Positions 38,926 through 52,574 of a DNA stretch of 64,000 bases are shown here, in pieces (position 1 is the first letter of the stretch; each line of letters opens with the position of its first letter). Position numbers and translations under genes: made by a program. The notes beneath the pieces are model-generated. The model searched no databases, had not been told where the DNA came from, and was given only the letters and a program-made list of their open reading frames with translations. The stretch is from Octopus bimaculoides (lineage: Eukaryota): NCBI RefSeq assembly GCF_001194135.2, contig NC_068981.1:8103518-8167517 (forward strand), in the 5' to 3' direction.

Positions 38926-39482
38926 GCTGCTGTTGTTGCTGCTTTTGTTTATCCCAGGAAAATGAGAGAATTGATGTGACAGACCCCTGTTTAAACACGT
39001 TCCAACCGTGACCGTCACGTTTTCTTTTTAGACGTAGTCACGGTGGCGACCTAGCAGAAACGTTAACACGTTGGGAAAATGCTTATCGGCATTTCTTTCC
39101 ACTCATTGAGACCTGGGATACAAATTCCTCTGCGGTCGACTTTTCTTTTTATCCTCTCAAGGTCTATCATGGACTACATACTTCAATATGTCCTTCATTC
39201 TTTTAATTGGTAGGTTGTGATTTGAAGGAAATTTGGTTGCTATTTCAAGAATGTCAGCATCAGTTTTCTTATAAAGAGGAACAGTATAGATGATAGCAAT
39301 TTATCCCCCATAGTATTACTGATATCTATTATATTGATTTTGGAAAGTGAAAATATGAAACCGAGTTCGATGAGAACTGAACTCACAACTAACAGCAAAT
39401 AAGCATTATTGATTCAATCATGAACACCAATGATCTAACTTCAGTTATCTCCCCTTTATAATATGGAGCTATAATTACTCTG

Positions 39483-39810
39483 TGATGGCGCGTGGCTTAG
39501 TGGTTTGCGTATTCGGCTCAGGATTATATGGACGTGAGTTCGATTCCCGGTGAAGCGTTGAGTCCTTAGGCAAGACACTTTATTTCACGTTGCTCCAGTC
39601 CACTCGGCTGGCAAAAATGAGAAGTATCTGTATTTGAGAAGGCGAGCCGTGTCGCATTCTATGTCACGCTGTATCTCCCTAAGAACTGCATTAAGGGTAC
39701 GCATGCCTGTGGAGTACTCAGCCACTTGCACGTTGATTTTACGAGCAAGCTTTTTCGTTGATCGGATCATCACGAACACTGATCGTCGTAACCACCGACG
39801 GAGTGCCAGT
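39483..39810 (+). mobile_element. Full-length tRNA-derived SINE, family C, 13-bp TSD
   Basis: A box TGGCTTAGTGG and B box GAGTTCGATTCCC. TSD tataattactctg at 39470-39482 and 39811-39823. Confidence 0.9.
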
Positions 39811-41162
39811 TATAATTACTCTGAGTTTCAGTAAAGCGTCGCCTTTGAATCTGCTCAATTTGGACTGAACAACAACTACTCGGGGTAATATTTCGACACA
39901 GATTACGGAATACAAATATTTTGAAGAAAAGTTTCATTTTTTCTTTATTATTCTTTTTATTTTTCGTGAATTTTATTACTAAATTCTGAAGATCTTTCAG
40001 AAATTGAGATGGACTAATATAGTTCCTCTTTGTAATTCCTTTAATATCTCTTAGAAACTATATTGGGCAATGGCAATACTCTGGAAGTCGTTAAGCACCA
40101 ACCAAGTATTCGTCTCCATGTTTTGAATGGAAGACAAATCAATCAGATGACCTTCATCCTAAGAGAATCGGTAGAATGAAGAACAAATTACCTTTAAGTT
40201 CAGCCTGGTGTCAACTTTAAACTTTCTGCTTCCGGGGTCAATAAATTTCATCCATGCCATACTTCAGCAGACTCGATACATAAGTATCGATCAATATCTT
40301 CCCCTCCCAAATTGCATGACTTTCTGTCACTGAGANNNNNNNNNNGGGGGGGGGGGGAGATGCTGAGGGGGTCGGATAAAACGCTTTGAATTCTACATTC
40401 TAGTTCTCTGAACTCTAAATTCGAAACCCATTGAGATCAGAACTACCTGCTCAGGGCGAGGGATTGATGGAATTATTCGAGGGTCGGAATATTCTTGGTG
40501 CGATATGTTCCGGATCTTTGAATTATGATGACAACGTCTTCGAGGAATGGTTTCTTTGCACAGTTATCAATAGCATCAAGAGATGTCACTTGCATGCATC
40601 GGTGGTGGCTACTTTTCAAAACAAACCCCTTCTCTAAGACTGCATCTCGGAGAGGAAATTTTCCGGGGACAGATCCATTGCTTCATAACACATATGGAAC
40701 ACACACACACACACACACACAGTAGGATGGCTCGGTGATCGAAATCAATAATTAATCTCTATGATAGAGTTGCAAGTATCAAATATAAATTAATCCAGAC
40801 AAGATTCGAACTCGAAACTCCGAAATACGAAACTCAATACGGCAAATCATTTCGCGCGTTATCATTCCTAAGAGCTACTATGACACATAGGTGAGGTCGG
40901 ACATTGTAGAGGTGATTATTTTGTTGACCCTGAAGGAATAAAAGACAAAGTCAACATCAGTGAGTTTGGAACTCACGAGGTAAAGCGACAAAACTAAATA
41001 CAAGAGTTACAGATATCTCTGTCTACGAACGCTCATTTGTAATACAACATTGACTTCTAACATAGAGACGAGGCCACAAATGATTTGAGGAGTGGGGGTA
41101 GGTGAGGTATAGTCAATTACATTGATCTCCATATTACTCTGGTGCTCTGTTTCATCGATGAA

Positions 41163-41580
41163 GCGCAAGCGTGGCTGTGTGATAAGAAGTTTGCTTCACA
41201 ACTTTATGGTTCCGATTTCAATCCCTCTGCGTGGCACCTTGGGCAAGTGTCTTCCAATATAGCCTCGGGCTTCGGACCTTGTGAGTGGATTTGATAGGCG
41301 GAAACTGAAAGAAGCCTGACATATGTGTGTGTGTGTGTGCGCGCGCGCGCGTATGTGTGTTTCTTTGTGTCTGTATTTGTCCCCATAACCGCTTGAAAAC
41401 CGGTGTTGGTGTTTTTACATCCCCATAACTTAGCAATTCGGCAAATGAGTCCGATAGCATAAGTACGCGGTTTTAAAAAATAAGTACCGAGGTCGATTCA
41501 TTCGACTAAAAATTCCCCAAGGCAGTGCCCCAGTATGGCCGCAGTGTAATGACTGAAACAAATAAAGGATAAAAGATAAA
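41163..41580 (+). mobile_element. SINE family A, full length
   Basis: Head gtggctgtgtgataagaag, central (TG)/(CG) tract, tail tgactgaaacaaataaaggataaaagataa. Confidence 0.85.
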
Positions 41581-42489
41581 TGGTAGACGGATCAGAGACG
41601 GAGTGGATCTTGCAGGGATTTGAACTCACAAATCAACAGACCATGGCTAAACGCCGCGAATCATTTCGTCCTTCACTCTGAATAGAGAATGCGGCAAAAA
41701 GCCTCCCACATTTCACACGCCATGTATGGATGTAAATGCTGATGGAAACGGAGAAAGAAAAAAGACAATTAAACATTAACTACATGGAGACAGCATCATC
41801 ACTTGCTTAACTACACTAGCGCCACTGTAAATGCCGTGTAAAATACGGGAAGTTTTTATTGGCCGCTATCTCTATTTGTTCCGCTCCACTACCTTCAGCG
41901 TCCTCAACATCTATAATACAATATTAACCGCTTTCTAAGCGTTTTTATATAAATTACTGATTGAATCCGGGTCGTTGAAATCCAAAGAATATGACGGAAA
42001 TGGCTGTGGCGAGAGGTAAGAGCAAAACAAAGAAATCACAACCAGTGGAATGGTAAATAGAAAAAGGCAGAGATATTATTAGCAGAATTAAACGAATCAC
42101 TTGACCTTCTCCCTCTTCGTCTCTCCTGCTGTCTCTCTCTCTCTCTTCTTCAACTCTCTCCTCCAACTACAAACCCAATCACTTAATACCTTTGTAAAAT
42201 ACATGAAAGTCGACTCGCTAGCAAACTGGAATTCCTGAACAACGCTGACAAAGGAATAATTGATTAACCAATAGAAATAAACGGAAATCAATATAGAACG
42301 GTAATTAGCATTTTCTACCTTTTCCGCCTTCCTATAGAAGAGTTCCAATTTGCAACAGATGCTTCAATTGCTTTGTATAGTCAGAGATCATTTGCGTTTA
42401 TTAGTAGGATGATGGCGGCGTGAAGTAGTTTGGTGGCGTCGTAGGGTGGTGGTGTCGTAGACTGTTAAAAACCCGTATATGGAAAGATC

Positions 42490-42710
42490 TTTTACTTACT
42501 TTTTTCAGTCATTAGAGTGCGGCCATGCTGGAGCACGCTTTGAAGAGTTTTTAGTCCAATGAATCAACCCCAGTACTTATATTTATTTTTTATTTTGGTG
42601 CTTATTTCACCGATCATTTTTTGCCGAAATACTAAGTTACGTGGACGAAAACAAACCAAGACCGGTTGTCGAGCAGTGATGGCAGACAAACATAAATACA
42701 AAATCGCACA

Positions 42711-42799
<89 letters not shown>

Positions 42800-43003
42800 A
42801 CACATACACACACACACACACACACACATAAATGTATATACAACAAGCCTCCTTCAGCCTCCTGATACCAAATCCACTGATAAGGCTTTGGTCGGCCTGA
42901 GGCTATAATAGAATACACTTGCCCAAGGTGTCACGCTGTGGGATTGAACTCGGAACGTATGGTTGGGCAACAAAGTTCTTATCACACAGTTACGCCTACG
43001 CCT
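42490..43003 (-). mobile_element. SINE family A, full length with expanded CA tract
   Basis: Colinear with 55744-56145. Confidence 0.85.
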
Positions 43004-43034
43004 AATGCATGTATATGTATGTATATACATATAC

Positions 43035-43874
43035 AAATATATTTGGCTTTTGTTGACTTGGAGAAAGCCTTTGACAGGATCACCAGACCCCTTATCTTGT
43101 GGTCAATGCGGAAAATGGAGACAGACGAGTGGTTCGTAAGAGCAGTACAAGCCATGTACAAGGATGCTGTCAGTAAGGTGAAGGTTGGCATCGAGTACAG
43201 CGAAGAATTCCGAGTAGAAGTAGTGTTCACTAAGGATCAGTCCTCAGCCCGCTCTTATTCATTATAGTCCTCCAAGCAATAACACAGGAATTCAAGACAG
43301 GCTGCCCCTGGGAGCTCCTCTATGCTGATGTCCCCGCCAGAACTAGAGACGAAGTTTCAGGTATGGAAGCAAGGTCTAGAATCGAAGGGCCTTAGAGTTA
43401 ACCTAGCAAAAACCAAAGTCTTAGTAAGTAGGAAGGCTGACTAATCACAAACCCCTTTCAGGTAGATGGCCCTGATCGATCTGTAGAAAAGGCATGGCTA
43501 GAAACTCCCTAAGATGCACCCAGTGTAAGCTTTGGACACATAAAAGGTGCAGCAATATCAGAGGAAGGTTAACCGGGAATACACTTTTTGTGTATGGTAG
43601 ATGCACAGGGGCAAAAAGCACTGAAGATGTACAGAAAACAGATTCCATCACATGCCAGGGGGAAAAACTGGAAGTAGTTAATAGCTTCCGCTACCTAGGT
43701 GACCAAGTCTGTAGTGAGGGTGGTTGCTCAGAGCGTAGCGGCTAGAATAAGAACAGCCTAGGCAAAGTTCATGGAACTCCTACCTCTGCTGGCAACTAAG
43801 GGTCTTTCGCTCAGAATGAAAAGTAGACAGTGTGATGCATATGTGCGATCTGCTTTGCTACACGGCAGTGAAAC
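43035..43874 (+). mobile_element. RTE-clade LINE RT remnant (frameshifted)
   Basis: IYLAFVDLEKAFDR...WSMRK...VRAVQAMY, then QEFKTGCPWELLYAD, WKQGLESKGLRVNLAKTK, the Cys-rich insert CTQCKLWTHKRCS and FRYLGDQV. Confidence 0.9.
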
Positions 43875-43877
43875 GAA

Positions 43878-44140
43878 ACAGGCGTTATAACACGACCCTG
43901 CCTTCCGCCGTTTGTAACGTCGAAGGAAGCCGAAGATTCCCGACTGGACACGACAGCTGCCTTCATTCCCTCATGAAAGGAGATAACATTCAACATCTTG
44001 TCAGGTATACTAAGATTTTTCAGAATTTTCCATAGTGCTTGCTGGTTTCCATAGTGTCGCGGGCCTTAGTAAGGTCAACGAATATCAAGAACAACACTTG
44101 ATTTTTCTCACGTATTGGGTCATCCCATAAATAATGTTGT
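43878..44140 (-). mobile_element. Second RTE-family (BovB/RTE-1-like) RT remnant
   Basis: Minus strand LFLIFVDLTKA...WKILKNLSIPDKMLNVISFHEGMKAAV...FDVTNGGRQG. Confidence 0.8.
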
Positions 44141-46443
44141 TTTTCCTACACTTGTTTTATGTTTCAAAATTAAGATAATCAAAGTACTTCTTTAATCTAA
44201 AATATACTCTCCTTCATTTTCTACAATGCTTTTCCGTCTATCTGGTAGACTTGTAAGGTACCTCTTCCAAAGTTTATTTGTCCATGATGAAAAATGCTCC
44301 TCCAGTACTGCTCTGATCTCGTCTACAGAATTCATATTTTTTCCGTCCAAATGATTCTCAAAACTGTGGAATAGATGATAATCAGATGGGGCAATGTTCG
44401 GCGAATATGGTGGGTGAGGTATCGTTTCCTATTCAACTGTCAGGAAAGATCTGTTTAATAGAGTTTACCACTTCCAGGAAGGTTGGCTACATATGTGTGT
44501 GTGCGTGTATATATATATATATATATATATATATNNNNNNNNNNNNNNNNNNNNNNNNNNNNNNNNNNNNNNNNNNNNNNNNNNNNNNNNNNNNNNNNNN
44601 NNNNNNNNNNNNNNNNNNNNNNNNNNNNNNNNNNNNNNNNNNNNNNNNNNNNNNNNNNNNNNNNNNNNNNNNNNNNNNNNNNNNNNNNNNNNNNNNNNNN
44701 NNNNNNNNNNNNNNNNNNNNNNNNNNNNNNNNNNNNNNNNNNNNNNNNNNNNNNNNNNNNNNNNNNNNNNNNNNNNNNNNNNNNNNNNNNNNNNNNNNNN
44801 NNNNNNNNNNNNNNNNNNNNNNNNNNNNNNNNNNNNNNNNNNNNNNNNNATATTATAATGTACACAATATGCAGTTACCAGGTATTAATAGTTCCATACA
44901 TTGGAGATGTAGTCTAGAGAAGCAATCTTCAGGCCGCTGCAAATTCATAAACTATCATTTATATATATATATGCAGTCATCAAATTTTCAATTCTACCAA
45001 CACATTTTCAGGTTCTTTTTCAAAATATTGTTAATCTAATTTTACATCACCTTAAAATTAAGAATTAAAAATTAAAAATTATACATTAAAAATATGAATT
45101 AGTATACATATATCAAACTTATAAAGTCAAGTATATAATGTCAAATACAAAATATAAGATATAAAATTATACATCAGAATAAAAGTGTCTGTGATTAAAT
45201 GTGAAAGATAACATGAAAAATGCAGACACATATCCTCCTTTGATGGACCCAAGATGTCTTTCAAAATGGCGATTAGAGGAAGTGAAGATAGCAGAGCACT
45301 ATGGGAATTTATAGGTGATTAGTACCAAGGGAGATAATTCCACTATGCATAGTTTAATTTAAATTATCTTCTATTATTATCTTCAATCTATGTTGAGGGA
45401 TATGCATAATTTGTTATAATTTTTAGTAACATTTAATTAATTTAATTATTTATAGAATCTATTCAAGTACTGTAGAAATCAAAAGTGTGTGGTTATTAAC
45501 ACACATATACATACATCTGCTAATACACACACCCACTCAAACATACAAATGTATGCCTGTTTTCTGTATGACAATGAATTAGCAATCGCGTATCACAGAC
45601 CACAATGTATCCGTTTGCGTACTGTTCGCTTCGTCTAGGAGTATCATGTCTGGCAGTGTAAATATCAATGCATGCAAGCGTGTATAATGTATACATATAT
45701 ATATATGTGTGTGTGTGTGTGTATGTGTGTGTGTGTGTGTGTGTGTTCATATTTATTTAGTCTGCCCGCTTGAATTGGTTACAAACAACTGAAGTGTGAC
45801 TACTTGTTAACACATCTAAGCAGCTTATTTCTTTATATGAATGTGTGAACCAGCAAGGAAGAACATGTGTGTGTATGCGTATATATATANNNNNNNNNNN
45901 NNNNNNNNNNNNNNNNNNNNNNNNNNNNNNNNNNNNNNNNNNNNNNNNNNNNNNNNNNNNNNNNNNNNNNNNNNNNNNNNNNNNNNNNNNNNNNNNNNNN
46001 NNNNNNNNNNNNNNNNNNNNNNNNNNNNNNNNNNNNNNNNNNNNNNNNNNNNNNNNNNNNNNNNNNNNNNNNNNNNNNNNNNNNNNNNNNNNNNNNNNNN
46101 NNNNNNNNNNNNNNNNNNNNNNNNNNNNNNNNNNNNNNNNNNNNNNNNNNNNNNNNNNNNNNNNNNNNNNNNNNNNNNNNNNNNNNNNNNNNNNNNNNNN
46201 NNNNNNNNNNNNNNNNNNNNNNNNNNNNNNNNNNNNNNNNNNNNNNNNNNNNNNNNNNNNNNNNNNNNNNNNNNNNNNNNNNNNNNNNNNNNNNNNNNNN
46301 NNNNNNNNNNNNNNNNNNNNNNNNNNNNNNNNNNNNNNNNNNNNNNNNNNNNNNNNNNNNNNNNNNNNNNNNNNNNNNNNNNNNNNNNNNNNNNNNNNNN
46401 NNNNNNNNNNNNNNNNNNNNNNNNNNNNNNNNNNNNNNNNNNN

Positions 46444-46513
<70 letters not shown>

Positions 46514-47189
46514 ATGCTTGCGTGTACCTGTGCTTATACTTCGTGTGTTTGAGTGTCTCTGCATATTCCAATGTTGATCTGTTGTGGGAACGTATCTATT
46601 TGAATAAATGCATGCTTGAGTGCGCATGTGTGTGAGTGTGAATGTGGGGAGGGGGCTTACGTGTGTGTGTTTTCGTATGGTCGTGCGAGTGTGGCTGCGT
46701 AGGAGAGAGAGCGAAAGAGAGAGAGGGTGCTTGTGTTTGTGAGTGAGAGAGTGTATGTCCGTGTTTGGAGGTGTAAATGAGGGNNNNNNNNNNNNNNNNN
46801 NNNNNNNNNNNNNNNNNNNNNNNNNNNNNNNNNNNNNNNNNNNNNNNNNNNNNNNNNNNNNNNNNNNNNNNNNNNNNNNNNNNNNNNNNNNNNNNNNNNN
46901 NNNNNNNNNNNNNNNNNNNNNNNNNNNNNNNNNNNNNNNNNNNNNNNNNNNNNNNNNNNNNNNNNNNNNNNNNNNNNNNNNNNNNNNNNNNNNTTTGTCT
47001 TTTGATTTTAGGCCGTCGAATGACAGATAGAACAAAAAATAAAATCCTGGCGGTTTGACTAAGTTCAAAATGGAAAACAAAGCAACGTAAACTGGTCGCA
47101 ATATCAATCAAGTATTTGACCAAATGACCGCCAACGAATGGTGTCGCTCATTATTTGTTCCGAAAATTTTGTAAGGGATTCGAAAGCTA

Positions 47190-47593
47190 CTTTCAGTTCA
47201 GTTTTCGTGTCTATCCTCTTTTATGGTCATGAATGCTGGGGTCAAAATGCAAACGGTAGAAATAAAGTTCCTCTGGAATAACATTATTGGACAAGATGCA
47301 TAGCTCCAAGTCGAACTGCTACTTCTCTGCATTGAGAGGTCACAGATCTGGTGCTATGGACGCGTGATTAGAATGTCGCAGGAAATAATCACCGCAAGAA
47401 ATGTTGAAACCAACCGACAGGAGACCAAGAACGAAATTGCTGAATAATATCCATAGATTCAGTTGGTCATACTTGGGAACTCCCCAGGAAGGTGTAATGA
47501 CGATGGCTTTTGATAGGACCCTATGAAGGAAATGCCTGAGGACTCATCTCCAATAATCCAGATATGAGCGGAAAAAAATGGATGGATGGATGG
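47190..47593 (+). mobile_element. Rex3/Expander-like RTE LINE 3' end with (TGGA)n tail, nested in the mariner remnant
   Basis: YGHECW, LQVELLLLCIERSQIWCYGRVIRM and the terminal gcggaaaaaaatggatggatggatgga. Confidence 0.75.
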
Positions 47594-48254
47594 AAACTAG
47601 AGCTTTGAAGATGAGGAAAGTCGAGACAGACTTTCATCAGTTGACAAATTAAACATTGATTAACAAACTAAAATTCATTCTTGGTGCCAATCTAATCCAT
47701 GGAAAACAACTGAAGACTATAAAAGAATTAAACGATAGGATAGTCAATAGTTTTTTTTTTCTTTTTTTTTCTTTGTGGGCCGTTGACATTTACACCCCCC
47801 TGGCACTTCAAAACGCTCAACAAATGGTTGCTACCAGAGCTTAATAAAACAATAATTTTCCGTTACGAAGTTTGCTCTGTTTCTTTCGCGCAATAAACAA
47901 GATCCAATTCTTGGTCACATTTTGAAACGTAATGAAAAGTGAATTCTGTATGATGAGATTCTACGCTGAGAATCGACCGAAGTGAAGAACCGAAGCACTT
48001 TCCTAAACTGAAGCTGCTCCAAGAGAAATCAATATTTGGTGGTCAACAAGTACAATAATCCAAATATTTCACGAATCCTACTGAAACTGTTCCAACAGAA
48101 AAGTATTTACATGGAATAAACAAAATGTACCAAGAACTGCAACATTTATCTCCAACATTGTTCAATATAGAACGACCAATTCTTTTCCATCGTAACACTC
48201 GATTGCATGTCTCATAAAACACTCTACGAGATTAAACAGGACATACTAAACTTT

Positions 48255-48475
48255 GGAAAGAGAAATAATATATTTCTAAATCTCTCACAGAGATTTATGC
48301 AGTGGCAGCACAATAAAGTGATGGTATGTTATCAACTTAATATGACAGTCCCATAAAAGAGAAGAATGCTACTATTATTTAGCCCTAGGAAACACTATTT
48401 CCTAGGGCTAAATAACAGTAGCATTCTTCCCTTTTACGGGACTATCGCATTAAGTTGACAACATGCTATCACTTT
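48255..48475. mobile_element. Truncated fold-back copy of the 10862-11425 family, 12-bp TSD, no HHR
   Basis: Colinear with 10862-10995. Arms 48315-48392 and 48398-48475. TSD atactaaacttt at 48243-48254 and 48476-48487. Confidence 0.9.
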
Positions 48476-51459
48476 ATACTAAACTTTATCTCATCTAATT
48501 TTCTCTCCGGATCTCTCTCCAACAGATTATCACTTTCTCAATCATCTCGGTAACTTTACGCAAAACATCTTCAACAAACAAGAAGCAACTTATAACGCCT
48601 CGTAAAATTCATTACTTGCAGATCTCCAGAATTCTATGCTATCGGAATGAAGTCTCGTTTCTTGGTAGCTCTAGTGGTTTTATCATTTATCTTTTATTTG
48701 TTTCACAGAATGTAATAATACCCATAATATAAGAACAGAAAACAGGATAAAATATACGAAAATCGTGATCAGCAGATTCATGCTGAGAAACAAAAGTCTC
48801 TTTTAACGCTTCGGAGGAAATCTCTTTTTCAGAAAGATGAAACAGGAAGATATGTAAAAAAAGATTAGAAAAAAAACAAGCTGAAACTAATTAAATGTCC
48901 GCGCATGTATATCGCACTAGCGCCATTTATGAAAATGATCGGAAGTGAGCGGGGAAAAAAAGGTTTCATGCATGTCAGAGCAGCAAGGGAGATAAATAGA
49001 GTGTAGCGTACGGTAGTTTTATATGGAGGGAGTTTCGTTCAAGTGTTTGTAGCAGTTGGAAGATTATGAGTAGCGCGCGAGAAGGTATATATATATATAT
49101 GTGTGTGTTTGAGAACTATTCAAGTATGAACGTGTGTACTTATTGAAGATTTGTGTGTGTATGTGTGAGCTGTTCAAAAGTGTGTATTCGTAGTTGTTTT
49201 AGAACTATGGTTGTGGCTTTTTTTGTTTTCTTGATGTGTGGTTGTGTGTGTGTTTTGTACGTGAATCGTCTGCTGTTTGTTTAATTTCAATTTCTGTATG
49301 TTTGCAGTGTATGCATAAGAAAGAGAGAAAAAAGAGAGTGTGCGTGTATGTCTGTGTGTGTATGTGCGTGAGCGTGTGTGTGTGTGTGTGTGTGTCTGAT
49401 TGAAAGTCGTATAAGGTAAAAAAAAGGAAAGAATATTACTAATTCTCATGGTATTTACTTGTGTTTCGGAATAGAAAATATTATTTTATTCTATTCTAAC
49501 AGAAAAATAACCGATATTTCTGTATTCACAAATAACGTTTTAAAATTACATCCGTCTTTATAAAATATTTTAGTCTTTACTTCATTCTTAGAAGCTGGCC
49601 ACCCTTCAAAGCTGAGTTTCTTGATGTAGAAATATTTGTGAAATATCTGAGAATATATTTCAGACAGAATAATATATTTGATTGTAATGATTCTCAGCAA
49701 TAATTCATGAGAAGCATACAGAACAATATAGGAATACAAACAATAACGTATTTATTCATTTTGAATGTCTTCTGGTAGATTCAAACATCAACAGGTTGAT
49801 CGCTGTTATTTTTCGTCATCAGAGAATACTTCTTTCCTTTATACGGTGTGTTCATGACACAGGTGGAGCTAACCGTGGCGAAATTTTCTGGGTGGCAAAC
49901 TTAACCTGTTACACTGTTTAACGTTCCTCCCGCCGCGCCATTCCGGATCCTCATTTGTTTTAGCAGATGTCGCTGTAATATGAGTATTCAGGTAAGATTG
50001 CTAGTCGAAAAAGTAACCCATGGGCTGTGATTACTTTCTCCCAACTGCTTCAGAGCCCTTTCCAAATTTCCTGAGCAAGTACTGATCCTTTCTCTCTAAT
50101 TTAAACCATACCTCAATGTTCGTCACCTCCCTCGGTTCCACCTCTTCGTTTCCTCCGTTAGTTCCTTACTTTTATTGATGCCTCTGGTGGATGACAAGAC
50201 CGACTTTTGCTTGGAACAATTGGCCACAGAGGTCACACCCAATGGTCATCGGAGGCCTTGGCAGGGGGTAAAAGTTCTTTCATGTCAATGTTCATAATAA
50301 CTTTAAAGACTTTGATTTTCTTAATATGACGCGAAACCAGGCAGGAAACACTGGTTATTTCTTGAATTAAAAAGAAGCATTCGCTGGAGGCGGGGCAGGG
50401 TCTACTCTTAATTTGTATTTCTGAGCCCCTTTATATTGTTGCTCTCCCACACCTATTTCCTATCTGGGCCCTTATTGTTGCTGTCTAACAGCATTTGAGT
50501 TCCAAGAATTCATACTTATCAATTTTGGCGTCGAGTTGTCGAGGAGACAAAAAATGACTCTAGATTTCTTTGCAAACAACATTTTAAAGAGTTAATAGAC
50601 AAAACTTGTATATATAACTAAAATTGTAATACAAGTTCAAACAAATAACGCTATGAAAGAAATAGAGAGACTGTAAACAACTTCATATCAGATTAAATTG
50701 GTACGAAAATAAAAACTTTATTAAAAAAAAATGAAACAAAATACAATAAAGAAGATACCGAAAAAATTTTACACGTGTCAAAATTTAGTAAATTGATAGA
50801 TAAACTAATTTTTCCCTGTCGAAAAATACAGTGCAGTGAAGAAAAAATATGAAAAATAAAAGAAAATTTATATATCACACATAAGTTTGAAAGTGTTTTA
50901 ATTAAATTTATAACATGTTTAAAAAGGAAGTATAGAAGCGAAACGATATCACATAAAATTGAATGAAAAACTGTCGAGAAATGAAGAGAAAGAAAATTGC
51001 TATTACATAAACTTCAGCGAATTCATATTACAAAACTTCTATTATACTCTAACAACTATGGTGAATTATGATACTACAATTAATATCAACATACATATAT
51101 AAATATATATATGTATGTGCGTGTATGTAGATGGATAGATAGATACATACATACATACATATATACATACAATACATACATACATACATACAAACAAATT
51201 CCAGGAACTAATAACTATTGATAAAACATGAAATAGTTTCCCCAAGTAAATTCACTTGTATCCAGTCAGCTGGAATATTTTAACTGTGTCGACGAAATTA
51301 CAGTTACAAAAGCCAAGGTTTCGCATCAACTCCGCAGCAGACCGATAAATGAATGATTTTGTTCTGTCTTTGTTTTCTATTTCAGGCCTACCGTTTCCAT
51401 TGTGGAATAGCCCAGCCACCATTGAAGTGTAGAGGCTATTATAGTAGTAGTAAAATAAA

Positions 51460-51600
51460 CAGAGACAAGGCGCATGCGCGTCAGCGATTGGTGAAGCTGT
51501 GTGAGTGATTTTATGTTAATCATTCGAACGGCTATTTTGTGAATGCAGACTAAAATGTCTGTGTGTTCAGCAGAGGTGCTGACTCAGCAGCACTGACCCC
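51460..51600. promoter_or_regulatory. Motif cluster: NRF1-like GCGCATGCGC, inverted CCAAT and perfect T-MARE
   Basis: GCGCATGCGC at 51470-51479, ATTGG at 51487-51491 and TGCTGACTCAGCA at 51577-51589. Motif evidence only. Confidence 0.35.
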
Positions 51601-51946
51601 GATGAGAGAGTAACATTCCGGTCTACATCAAAGCTAAAGCTCAGAGTATCGAAAGTTTAGAGGGCATGAAGTATTTTCTGATCCTGGATAGAGGTGTCAG
51701 TCACTAGGGTGCGGCCTTTTTATTTAAGTGCATGCATGTGTGTGTGTGTGTGTTCATATATGTGTAATACACAAGTTTGTCGATATGTTTGAATGCATGT
51801 TTACATGTGTGTGTATATATATGTGTATATATATATATACATATATATCGGTTTTTTTCATACTGAACTACTTGGCAAAATTGTTAATTATTAATTCTAT
51901 TACTAATTGACGATTCCCTGCCCTTATTCTTGTATAATTTATATAC

Positions 51947-51981
<35 letters not shown>

Positions 51982-52451
51982 TAAGCATGCATGTATATAT
52001 GTTAAAAAACATACGTAAATGAATATGAATATATGCATGTATGTGTATAGGTGGGTAGATAGCTGGGTAGGAACAGAGCTTCAGATATCAAGTAGGAAGG
52101 TAGCTTCATTCATTTTAGTTGTCGGCGCATGTGTCTGTAATTAAAAGGTTTTTTATATTTTATTTACGCGAGGCATTTCGAAGAAATATGATATAAAGCC
52201 TGACTATGCAACGCAAGGCACAGGCACACCCGTACATCTGTCTAAATCTATAACGTGCATAAACACATATATATGTATGCGTATGGTATACGTATGAATG
52301 CATGTGTGCGTATATTTGCACACACTTACACATATGTTTACAAATATATACATTTATCTATCTATCTATATATATATATAGCTATATATTTATATACATA
52401 TTTACACACACACACGCACACACACACACGCACACACACACGCACACACAC

Positions 52452-52482
<31 letters not shown>

Positions 52483-52500
52483 TGTATATANNNNNNNNNN

Positions 52501-52574
<74 letters not shown>

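Larger units (their letters stand above)
47060..48680 (+). mobile_element. Decayed mariner transposase, interrupted by two later insertions
   Basis: Segments FKMENKAT*TGRNINQVF..TANE, SFEDEESR, KWLLPEL (WVPHEL equivalent), NEK*ILYD and SPDLSPTDYHFLNHL (YSPDL motif). Confidence 0.85.

Noticed and set aside
48890-49080. CGGAAGT and CGCCATTT motifs suggesting a promoter
   Set aside because: Short common motifs with no independent support.
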